A DNA stretch of 64,000 bases from Octopus vulgaris (lineage: Eukaryota): positions 14,570,001 to 14,634,000 of the forward strand of contig OX597822.1 of assembly GCA_951406725.2 (NCBI GenBank), read 5' to 3'. The translations under genes and the position numbers were made by a program. Below are positions 52,812 to 64,000 of the stretch, piece after piece (the stretch's first letter is position 1; the number at the start of each line of letters is the position of its first letter). A model generated the notes under the pieces. That model was not told the DNA's origin and did no database searches. It saw only the letters and a program-made list of their open reading frames with translations.

Positions 52812-54784
52812 GTGAAACCAGCTGTGGATAATTAGAGATATTTTATACAAAAGGTGCGAGTGATCAGAGATGAATGTCGTCTCTTTTAATTATCCTTTCT
52901 ACTAAAAGCACAAAGCTTGAAATTTTGTCTGTGTGTCTGTTTGACAATAATTCAATCGATCTTTCTTTTTATCATCCAATCGTCGCCTGCATTCCCTCGC
53001 CTTTTGTACAGTCCCCCCCCTCCCTCTCTTTTTCTCTTGTTATCTCTTTATGTACGCCGTAATTCTCTCGAGGTAGATACGTGTGTATAGTCATGAATGG
53101 TTGGTCGTTATAAACAAACTTTACTACGTCACTACTATTTTCTCTCCTTTTGTGAATTGAACTTCATCGACATGAACAGGAACGAAACCGGAACCTTCAG
53201 ATTTGACGTCGTTTATGCATTGACTGGAGCAGAGCAGGTACACTTCTTCAAATGTCTTGAAGCTTTCTTTTAATTATCCTTTCTACTAAAAGCACACGGC
53301 TTGACATTTTGGAAGACGGGTTAATCGATTACATCCACCCCGGTGATCGTTTGATACTTATTTATTTCATCGATCTCGGGAGGATAAAATGTGAAGTCGA
53401 CTTTGGCGGAATTGAATTCGTAATGTAAAGACGGACGAAGATGGCGCGGTAACAAGCTTTCTTCATATCGTAATATTAACAGAATGAAATTAACCGATAA
53501 GAATTAAGTGGGAAGTAGAAAAACCTCGCAAACGTTTTCATGCAATTCCAAGTGTTTTGACAGCGAATACCAACAAATGGGGAGACTTCGTACGTTTGGG
53601 TGGGTTTGGACATTGTTTGTAAACGGTAGAAACAACCAAAAGCAAGGAAATAAAGAAAAAAATACCATCCCACACACCTTCACACCTTTATTTCAGACAT
53701 TTACTCTTCAAGCTAAGACACGAATGTCTATGCTAGCAAATACCCTCGTTTTCAACCAGGGAGAAAACTGACAGTGACGAATCGGCAGATACTCACGCTG
53801 TAAAAATCATGCCGTTTCCATGGCAACAAGCTTTCTACGAATCCGAAGCTAGCATATTTAAAGAGTCCTTCGACTGATTGTCTTAAATCCAGCTGGTTAA
53901 TATCAGAACCTCTATAGCAAATACGCACTAACAATGTTTGTTACCACTAGCGTAGGTAGAATGTGTGCCGCCCGGGGAGACGGTCCTTTCGTTTTCTGCC
54001 CCCGAACCTCACAAAAACTACATATTACCTACAGCAGACCCAAAGTGATGCCCCTTTAAAAGTGCCACTCTGGGCCGACTGCCCCTACCGTCTCCCTCTA
54101 GCTATACTAGTGTTTGTGACGCACCCTTCCATCTCCAGTGTTCCAGGATCGAGTATGACCTTGAATTAAATGGTTATGCATTTTATTGTGATGAGCGCAT
54201 TCAATAAATTTTGTTTCTAAGAATGTACCACGTCCAAGATTATATTTCGCTGTATTATGTTTTTAATGTATATGTCCTAAGTTACCCCAAATATCCGGAG
54301 CCACATCAGACGAAGTTTTTTTTAAGTATACGACCAAAGTGGGGATTGTGGTTGCTTCGTAGTTATCCACAAAGAATGGTCGTGAGGTTATATACTGGAA
54401 ATATGAAATCAAGGGGAAATAATTTTTGAGAAGAAATTTCATCGAAACTTCAAAAAGTGTTCGAAGTCTCTCAGTTTGACGGTAGATTATCCTAAATGTG
54501 CCGATAAAGACTTAGACAAACCACATCGAATCATTCAGATCATAATTAAATATAGCAATTGCTAGGTGAATAAAATGAGAAAGAATAAGTGTCCTCCATA
54601 ACGGTTATAAGTTTGTTACTAGTTTTCTAAACAGAGACAGAACACGTAACCATGAGACGGGCCAATGGAACCTAAAAACGTAGTTCTTGGCGCGGAAAAA
54701 AATGAATGAAGTTGCGTTGATGGCTGATCGTTAATATTCCATAGTCGGTCTCGCGAAAATGAGCTATTTGATTAGAATCAATAT

Positions 54785-54995
54785 GGCGGTGAGCTGGCAG
54801 AATCATTAGCATGTTGGGCAAAATGCTAAGCGGCATTTCGTCTGCCGTTTCGTTCTGAGTTCAAATTCCTCCGAAGTCGACTTTGCCTTTCATCCTTTCG
54901 GGGTCGATGAAATAAGTACCAGTTACGCACTGGGGTCAATGTAATCAACTGGTCCCTTCCTACAAAATTTCAGGCCTTGTGCCTACAATAGAAAA
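54785..54995 (+). mobile_element. SINE family A, tail B (another partial copy at 55410-55580)
   Basis: Head, core and tail present. Confidence 0.8.
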
Positions 54996-55901
54996 TATTA
55001 GAACCAATAATATTTGACAAGCATGCGCAAACGATGGAAACGGCACTCGATGATGGGGTTTGCTAGTGATCTTGGTATTCGTGGTACTGGCTGTACTAGT
55101 TGCGTTGGTAGTAGTGGAAGTGTTGCTGATGGTATTAGCGCTGGGGTCTGGTTCTTGGAATTTGTGGCAGTAGTGGAGGGGAGGGTGTTTGCGGCGGCGG
55201 CAGCGGTGGTGGTGGTGGTGATAGTTGCATGAATAGTGTTGCTGGTCATAGTTGCGTTGTTCATAGTGATGCTACCATTGGACTGGTAATACCGTTTGTT
55301 GGGGATGTTGTTTCATCCGGAGTTAGAGCTGATGGAGAAGCCCTATAGAATCAAAAACGCTCCCGTCGCGACCATTCCATCTTTTTCCTAAAATCAATAT
55401 TAATTAAGAAAGCGGCGAGCAGGCAGAATCGTTCGCTCGCCGGGCAAATCGCTTAGCGCCTTTCTATCCGCTTTTACGTTCTGAGTTCAAATTCTGCTGA
55501 GGTTGACTTTGCTTTCCATCATTTCGGGGCCGATAAAATAATAATTAATCGAACACTGGTGTTGATATAATCGACTTAGCCCTTTGAAATCAACAATTAT
55601 ATTACTTAATATGTCTTTAAGTGGTGCAACTTGAGTGTGTGTCACCCGGGGTGTCTTTGAGTCACTCCTCCTGCTCTGCAAATCTCCCTGCCTACCACTG
55701 CCCCAATCCAGGCTAATGTAGCACAGCCAAAACTACCGCCGACACAAAAGCATCAACCAGGGTGACCGGTGACCGGCTCCATCGCCCGGCCATCATTTAC
55801 GCGACAGATTCCATTCCGTCTTAAAGACGATAGTATACTATTTTTAGGGAATTTGGGCTTTCTTTCTAGCAGAGCAACAGAATTCTAACAGAATTAAATT
55901 T

Positions 55902-56291
55902 ATGTCTAATAATTCTAAGATCAAGAATTCTATATACCAGTGTAAAATTTCTGCCGGTACCGATGTCTACTTCTACATAGGCGCATCCTCTTCCCAGTTA
56001 TCTAAGAGAATTTCAAATCATTATTCATCATTTAGGGATAGCAGTAAACGCCATAGCACAGGGCTAAGTAAATTGGTTTGGCATCTTAAAGACAATAATA
56101 TAGATTTTAAGTTAGATTGGTTCATACTGTCCGTATCCTTTCCTTTCGATAAGGGCAAGAGATTTTGTAACATTTGCAACTCTGAACTCTTCCATATTCT
56201 CTTCTCTAAGAATCACCTTGTTAACACACTTATACAGCGATCGTACAAATGTAAACACTGGCAGAAACATACCTTTAACTCATATAAGTGA
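55902..56291 (+). pseudogene. Penelope-like GIY-YIG endonuclease domain (5'-truncated element, about 55880-56837)
   Basis: SIYQCKI...FYIGASS...KRISNHYSSF...STGLSKLVWHLKDNNI...CNICNSE...CKH; followed by an HHR and (TA)n. Confidence 0.85.
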
Positions 56292-56560
56292 TTTCGCCAG
56301 TCTTTATAGTTTGAACAGTTAGTTTAACTTGCCCTTTACTTCAATAGAGAAATCTACTTCTTAATCTTTGAACATTTTTCAACCAACGTATCCCCCTTTA
56401 TTTGATCTCTACTTATTATTTCTTTAACACTTCTCTTTCTAGTATCTGCCTAACGTCAAATCTACTAACGGTTTTTTAAAATACTTAATAACGTTCTGTT
56501 TATCATTTAGGCAGTCAACGTAATTGTTATAATGTCTTGTTGTTGAGATAAGCTCTCTTT

Positions 56561-56642
56561 CTTTCCTGATGAGAAGATTGCATTTTACACTGTTTATTCC
56601 TTTGGAATAATACCATGTTGTTTTCGAAACATATGTCGAAAG
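56561..56642 (+). ncRNA. Canonical type-I hammerhead in the PLE 3' region
   Basis: CUUUC-CUGAUGA-GAAGAU[..]GUUUUC-GAAA-CAUAUG-UC^GAAAG. Confidence 0.9.
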
Positions 56643-56834
56643 TAAAAGAATTTTAATAACATCTTCGTTCAACTTCATTTATTTACTTATAATACACAGA
56701 TTACTGCACATTAACCCGGAGTTTCTACCTTTGAATAGGTCGCTTCATCCGTGTTACTTGCGTGAATTTTGCTACCCTGGTAACTGTTTATTGAATTTTC
56801 CATGTTAACGGTAAACAAAGAATAATTCATTCAT

Positions 56835-56869
<35 letters not shown>

Positions 56870-57293
56870 CGTTGAAGTCTTGTACCTTGTCTTTTTTTTT
56901 TTTGAGGCTCAAGACTCCTCGTATGTTTATAATATTTTATCTAGCTGAAACCAGATGAAATAAATAAAATAAATAAAAATAAAATATATATATGTGGGGG
57001 GGGGGCACGAGCTTCTTTCAGTTTCCGTCATAACTTAGGGGTTCGACAAAAGTACCCCATAGAGACTTTAAGGGAAAAAAAGTGCAAGGGTCGAATCGTT
57101 CGACTAAAATTCTTCAAGACCCCAGCATGGCTGCAGTCTAATACCTGAAACAAGTAAATGATAAAAGAGAAGATTTGCGACGGCAAAGAGTGAAAGATAT
57201 GCGGATTGAAGTAGATATGGCGTTTAATGGGAGAAGAAGGACAAGGGGTTGTTATGATCGACAAAGTTTTAGATACAGATATCAAGTCATATG

Positions 57294-57342
<49 letters not shown>

Positions 57343-57966
57343 TGTGTGTGCGTGAGTGATTAAGAGAGCAGAGAGAGAGGAAGGAATGATAGCGTGTGTG
57401 TGTGTAAGTGTGTAAGTGTTTAATTAGTTTTACATAAGGTGCCTTGCACAGTAAGCAGGTGTGTGAACAAGTAAAAAACTAAAAGGCAGGTGGCGTCTCT
57501 CGATATCTATACATACATACATCCATACATACATTCATGCACACACGCACACATATATATATATATATATATATATACGTATGTATATGTTTCTATGCAT
57601 ATATGATTGTATGTTTTATTGGGAGAATACGTATAAATAACTCGCAGACACTTGGTGATAGATAGGCATTTATTTGCATATGTGCATGCGCATGTGTAAA
57701 TAAGTAAATAAGTACGTGTGCAAATAAAGACACAAATATCACACACACACACACTCATACACACACGTATCTCCATATACACAGACATGTACTCATATAT
57801 ATATGTGTGTGTGTATATGTATGTATATAAGTATATATATATATATATATATATATATACTTATACTTATGTACTTACATACGTATATATATATATAGAT
57901 AGAGAGAAAGAAAGAGATATTTCTATATATGTAGATGTGTGTGTATTTATGTGTATGTAATTGTGA

Positions 57967-58002
<36 letters not shown>

Positions 58003-58130
58003 TTATATACGCACAAATCACATATGTATTTATCTTGTAAACACTAGAACATGTATATGCGTGTGTCACATGTTACATGTATGTGTGTGTTGGCGTGAAG
58101 AAAGAACGAGACAGCTATAATAGCGACCAC

Positions 58131-58201
<71 letters not shown>

Positions 58202-58974
58202 TGTATGTATGTATGTATGTATGTATATATATATTCTAGGCTATTTAGAAAAATGTCAGTTCATTGTTCTTATTGTAGCTCGAGTGCTCTCATGTAATGC
58301 TCCTATCGTTACTCACAAAAGCACGCACGCTTACATAGTTGTAAATCACACACTCACACATTCACTTATACCTATATACACATACATACAAACACATACA
58401 TGCACATATGCCCACTCATATGTGTGTATATATATATAGGTATGTGTGTGAGTGTGCTTTTGTTGTTGTTAGTATGCATGTGTGCACGACAATAGTAGCA
58501 TTAACTCAACAACTCATCCAGTTAAATTAATCAAGGCTAACTGAACACGCAGAAATACAAATGCATGTCTCCTAAATCAGTCATGCAACGCTGGAGCGGT
58601 GATCTATGCAGCGGAGGTTTCGTCCACTAACCCAAATCTAAATGCTACGTACAAACTCTAAGCTAGTTTGGTGAGGAGTTAAATTAAAATAGTGGTACTT
58701 CATCCAGTTGTTTTCTTTTCCATAAAAAAAAAAAAACGAAGAATGTAACCAACATTTTTAATCTATTAAAAAGTACTTTCCCATTCGACAATACGTAGAA
58801 GATCTAAAACTGTAGGACTATCAAGGGCTCTATAATTTATAAGGCCGAAGATTAACACGATGTCCATGGTGTATAAGGGAATGAGATTACAACACTCCCT
58901 ACAGAACGGGCCGCCGCATTAACTTAACAGTTTGCGGGGCCCCATTTACAGCTGAGTGAACTGGGAAAACGTAA

Positions 58975-59446
58975 GGCAGAGACGTTAACATGACGGACGA
59001 AATGCTTAGTGGTATTTCGTCTGCCGCTACGTTCTGGTTTCAAATTCTGCTGAGGTCGACTTTGCCTTTCATCATTTCGGGGTTGATAAGTTAAGTACCA
59101 GTTGCGCACTGGGGTCGGTATAATCGACTTAATCCGTTTGTCTGTCCTTGTATGTCCCCTCTGTGTTTAGCTCCTTGCGGGTAGTAAAGAAACAGGTATT
59201 TCGTCTGCCTTTACGTTCTGGGTTCAAATTGCGCCGAGGTCGACTTTGCCTTTCATCCTTTCGGGGTTGATAAATTAAGTACCAGTTGCGCACTGGGGTC
59301 GGTATAATCGACTTAATCCGTTTGTCTGTCCTTGTTTGTCCCCTACGTGTTTAGCTCCTTGTGGGTAGTAAAGAAACAGGTATTTCGTCTGCTGCTACGT
59401 TCTGGGTTCAAATTCTGCCGAGGTCGACTTTGCCTTTCATCCTTTA
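58975..59446 (+). mobile_element. SINE family A trimer array
   Basis: Junction GTAGTAAAGAAACAGGTATTTCGTCTGC occurs twice. Confidence 0.9.
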
Positions 59447-59449
59447 GCG

Positions 59450-60148
59450 GTCATCACAACCATATGTGCGTGACATGGTGATCTCATATCAAGATGAACA
59501 GCGCATAACCTTGCAGGTGGGCCCCAGTTAGAATTTTCTTCTTGTCGAGTAACACATCCCTCTAAATAATGTCCCTGAATAAGGGTTGTTTAAGGACGAT
59601 GAACAAAAGACCCATGTTTCCAAAGGTAACTCATTCAAACCCTAAAGAATTCCTTTGAACACACGGCTATGAAGCTCCCCCACTACTTCTGCTCGTGATC
59701 AGAGATGCACATATTGTCAGCCACTAAGGGACATGCCCAACTGGTTATGGTCAAACAACTGAGAAGCAAATCTGTGGTATTGAGCAGAATATTTACTGTA
59801 TATTTCTTTATTGCCCACAAGGGGCTAAACATAGAGGGGACAAACAAGGACAGACAAACGGATTAAGTCGATTACAACGACTCCATTGCGAAACTGGTAC
59901 TTTATTTATCGACCCCGAAAGGATGAAAGGCAAAGTCGACCTCGGAGGAATTTGAACTCAGAAAGTAGCGGCAGACGAAATACCGCTAAGCATTTCACCC
60001 GGCGTGCTAACGATTCTGCCAGCTCGCCGCCTACTGTAAGCCCATCTTTTATACCAAGGTAAAACAATGTGCATGATAACACTTCCAATCAGTTAAGATC
60101 AGCAGCCATGAGAGCCATTGCTTGGTACTGCATCAGGGCATTATCAAT
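59450..60148 (-). mobile_element. Second copy of the 47020 element, interrupted by a SINE A
   Basis: Colinear with 47020-47515 on both sides of the insertion. Confidence 0.75.
59801..60031 (-). mobile_element. Full-length SINE A (tail A) with TSD TACTGTA
   Basis: TACTGTA at 59794-59800 and 60032-60038. Confidence 0.9.
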
Positions 60149-60198
60149 ATTATTATTATTATTATTATTATTATTATCATTATTATTATTATTAAGAT

Positions 60199-60248
<50 letters not shown>

Positions 60249-60707
60249 AGAGGCGGGATAATGCTAAATGAATTAAAAATTTGATTAACAATTTATTCTA
60301 GTATGCAATTAGTAAATTTTAAAAAAATCAATCTCGCCACTGCCACCCGTGTACCCCACCGTCACCGCTCCACACCGAGCCACACGAGCCGACCAGCAAT
60401 TGTCGACGTCACAGGCGGCACTCTTCATTCCTCTACTCTCCATCATACAGTCACTAGCCCGGGGTGGGGGTGAGGAAGCAAAGTAGGCAGTCAGGCATGA
60501 AACGACCACAACCAGACAAACAAGCAAAGAGCTAACCAGCCCACAGGCCGGACAGCCTGCCATCCAGCGGTGGCCATTAACGCAAACAGTAACAGGTCTT
60601 TGACGCCCTTCTACAATTACCCACCGTACGTAACACCTAATCACATTTACCGCCATTTCATTTATCGCCAACACCATCACCAACACCATCCGCTGCCACC
60701 ACCACTA

Positions 60708-60916
60708 CCTATTTCTTTACTACTCACAAGGGGCTAAACAAAGAGAGGATAAATAAGGACAGACAAACGGACTAAGTCGATTACACCGACCCCAGTGCGT
60801 AACTGGTACTTATTTAATCGACCCGGAAAGGATGAAAGGCAAAGTCGACCTCGGCGGAATTTGAACTCAGAACGTAACGGCGCCCGGCGTGCTAACGTTT
60901 CTGCCAGCACGCCGCC
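60708..60916 (-). mobile_element. SINE family A, tail A
   Basis: Tail followed by GGTA on the minus strand. Confidence 0.8.
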
Positions 60917-61150
60917 CGTAACGACTATCGCAGCTTACAAGTAGTCACTATAATAATGATATTTGGTTTCAATTTTTGGCACAGTGGGGGGGGGGGGGGG
61001 CAAGTCGATAACATCAACCCCAGGGCTTGAAACGACGAAAGGATGAAAGATAAAGTCGGCCTCGACGGAATTTGAACTCAGAACGTAATGACGGACGAAA
61101 TGCTGCTAATTCTATCTAATGTGAGTACAAAGCAGGAAGGAAGGGTTCTC

Positions 61151-61316
61151 CAATGGTTCTCCAACCTTTTCACTACCAAGGACCCCTTTTATTTAAATGA
61201 GTTTTCCCACCGACCCCAAGATATTGAAAAGTCTGTCAGCTTGACATGTTCACAGACCCCCAGTACTACGTTTGTGGCCTACCAGGGGTCCATGGACTAT
61301 AGGTTGGGAACCACTG
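61151..61316. mobile_element. hAT (Charlie-like) MITE
   Basis: TIRs CAATGGTTCTCCAACC / GGTTGGGAACCACTG with subterminal GGACCCC/GGGGTCC; no clear 8-bp TSD. Confidence 0.7.
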
Positions 61317-61483
61317 GCTTGGTCAGTTACATCAATGCCAAATGGTACTTTATTTTATCGACCCTAAAAGCATATAAGACACAGTTGACACCGGTGAGAT
61401 TTTATAACTTAGAACGTAAAGCGCCACATGAAACGGTGATAAGAATTTCGTCCAACGTGCTAACGATTCTACCAGCTCGTAAT

Positions 61484-61548
<65 letters not shown>

Positions 61549-61556
61549 CAACAATA

Positions 61557-61750
61557 ATCCTTTCTACTATAGGCATAAGGCCTGAAATTTTGGGGAAAGG
61601 GGACTAGTCGGTTACATTGACCCCAGAATTTCACTGGTACCTAAAATTTATCGACCCCGAAAGGATGAAAGACAAGGACTTGGACTCAGAACATAACGAC
61701 GTGCGAAAGCATTTCGTCCGCCATGCTAACGATTCTGCCAGGTCGCCGCC
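61557..61750 (-). mobile_element. SINE family A, tail B, adjoining (AAT)n
   Basis: Head and tail recognisable. Confidence 0.75.
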
Positions 61751-61785
61751 TCGCCAACAACAACAACAAAAAGGATAACGATATT

Positions 61786-61898
61786 GAGAAGAAGAAGAAG
61801 AAGAAGAAGAAGAAGAAGAAGAAGAAGAAGAAGAAGAAGAAGAAGAAGAAGAAGAAGAAGAAGAAGAAGAAGAAGAAGAAGAAGAAGAAGAAGAAGAA
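61786..61898. repeat. (GAA)n microsatellite
   Basis: Directly visible. Confidence 0.95.
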
Positions 61899-62059
61899 AT
61901 ATGATAATAGGGAGATTTTTTGGTACATTCTAATTTAACCGGAGCTGATACTTCTAGACCAGGGTAACCCCACAAACCGGTCTTATCTAACTTTATTTAT
62001 AGTATATACTGCTCTGTAACTTAGACTAGGCTTCTTTTTCGGATTTATGTCTTACCGAC

Positions 62060-62460
62060 GAGTAGCTGCCTGGTACGCAGCTTCCTTACCAGCACATAGT
62101 TCAGGGTTCAGTCCCACTGCGTGGCATCTTGATCAAGTGTCTTCTACTATAGCCTCGGGCCGACCAAAGCATTGTGAGTAGATTTGGTAGACAGAAACTG
62201 AAAGATTCCTGGCGTATATATATGTGTGTGTGTGTGCGTACGTGTGTGTGTGTATTTGTGTGTCTGTGTTTGTCCCTCCACATCACTTGACAACCGATGA
62301 TGGTGTGTTTATGTCCCCGTAACTTAGCGATTCGACTGAAAAGAACAATAAAATAAGTACTAGGCTTACAAAGGATAGATCCTGGAGGCGATTTGTTCGA
62401 CTAAAGTCGGTGCTCCAGTATGGCTGCAATTAAAATGACTGAAACGAATTTAAAAAACAG
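62060..62460 (+). mobile_element. SINE family B
   Basis: Matches 21399-21806. Confidence 0.8.
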
Positions 62461-63263
62461 AAAGAAAAATGAATACACACAAACGTCCAATTTACCATTC
62501 GGTGCGCAGATTACGACGATGATAGCATTTACTTTTTAGATCGTTCAATCCTCTTCAGTCGACCAATAAACCAGTTGAGTAAACAGAGCCAGGTATACAC
62601 CTACAATGCATATCGGAAACAGCTGTAAATCAAAACTGCACGAAAATAGAAACAACTAAAGCTCATTATTTATGCCTTTTAAAACCGGTATAAGTGCATA
62701 TTCGGTCGATTTCATGATAACCATTAAAACACAGTCTGCAAGCTGCTGGCTTCGCGCACGTGAGACTTTTTTCACTCACACTAGGATAAATGCCATAGAG
62801 ACAGGAGGCGAATCTTAGTCTTCCTATCAAAATCAGATATATTCAATTTCTTGTTTCCTCAATTACTCAAAAGTCATTCTATTGCATAGATCTGGTTTTG
62901 AAGGTAAGCTCTTCCATATATATATAAGTTAGATTCAGATGAATATTGTACTTAAGTTTATGCTCTAGCATTTGGTACGGTATAATCCATGCAATTTCAA
63001 AATAAGGTGATACGAATCAAAATAACACTTGTTGATTATTTTGATTATATATTTATATATATATATACATACTAACACACAAATTGATTATATATTTATA
63101 TATATACATACAAACGCACAAATATATATTCTTCGTGGAAAATAGCGATTTTGACGTCTATATCTAGCATGTTGACCGTCCACTTTTAGTGGTCAGTCCT
63201 TCAAATTTTATATATACATATATATATATATACATATATATGCATGTATATATATATATGTGC

Positions 63264-63299
<36 letters not shown>

Positions 63300-63300
<1 letters not shown>

Positions 63301-63745
63301 CATGTGTAACTCCTAAACGCCAGTCGTTTTTTTCTCTATCCCCGTGCCCGCTCTGGGATCTTTCTTTCCTCTCTATTCCTTCTTTATGTTTCCGACGAAG
63401 AGCTCCGCTCGAAACGTCATACCTCCCTGCTTCCATTTCCTGAGCGCCTATTAATAATAATACTGTAATTGTTCCATTGTTGTTGTTTTTTTGTTTCCCG
63501 TTTGGATTAAAATTATATATATATATATATATATATATCAGTCGCCATAATTGACCGCTATTCCACAATTTTTCTTTTATTGTCTCCCTATTTATTTCCT
63601 CGTGTTACTTTCTGTTGAAGAGCGTAGGCTCGAAATGTAAAAAAAACTTTCTCTCCTTCCCGAGCGTCAAACTAACACACCAGTTTCTTGTTTATACACC
63701 TTATAGGCCTGTCTTCGTCTTTTGTTTTTCTGTAAATTTCAACAA
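63300..63745 (+). mobile_element. Two tandem PLE-like fragments separated by (TA)n, each with a minimal HHR motif (63388-63422 U4C type; 63608-63643 A6U type)
   Basis: TCCGACGAAGAGCTCCGCTCGAAACGTCA and TCTGTTGAAGAGCGTAGGCTCGAAATGTA. Confidence 0.7.
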
Positions 63746-63752
63746 TACACAC

Positions 63753-63816
<64 letters not shown>

Positions 63817-63967
63817 CAATAATAATTCTCTAAAAGAGATATAGACAGTAACTGCTCGATAACATAAGGGACTAAAGCCATCTGAATATGGCTAGGGACA
63901 GGGCAGGGTGGTGGGGGTGTTACTGTTGCATTTAGCCCCAGGCGAACATCGACGTCACCAGAAAGGC

Positions 63968-64000
63968 CCGACACCGTCACGGACACCGTGACGGTGTCGG
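63968..64000. repeat. Perfect 15-bp GC-rich hairpin at the window end
   Basis: CCGACACCGTCACGG-ACA-CCGTGACGGTGTCGG. Confidence 0.85.

Noticed and set aside
62525-62635. Minus-strand CUGAAGA-GGAUUG/CGAUCU stem and plus-strand GAAACAGCTGTA
   Set aside because: The two halves are on opposite strands and neither completes a hammerhead.

Overview
AT-rich, microsatellite-saturated metazoan intronic/intergenic DNA with no recognisable host exon. The repeat families suggest an octopus/cephalopod genome (inference). Almost everything identifiable is transposon-derived: (i) at least four tRNA-headed SINE families; (ii) decayed LINEs (Tx1/L1, RTE, CR1-like, R4/Dong-like); (iii) Tc1/mariner and hAT remnants; (iv) many Penelope-like (PLE) fragments embedded in (TA)n, including one GIY-YIG ORF. 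Three signals stand out. First, there are about 15 hand-folded type-I hammerhead ribozyme (HHR) motifs, ranging from canonical to core variants (a G3:C8 swap, a family-wide loss of A6, U4C, and a very long stem-II insertion). Second, a SINE family carries a Tx1-like 3' tail and repeatedly builds head-to-tail arrays at one fixed internal junction, which looks like self-targeting. Third, a two-copy repeat has a covarying stem plus pseudoknot that fits no standard ribozyme layout. Most ORF-track entries are microsatellite artefacts. All folds were done by eye; element boundaries are approximate.
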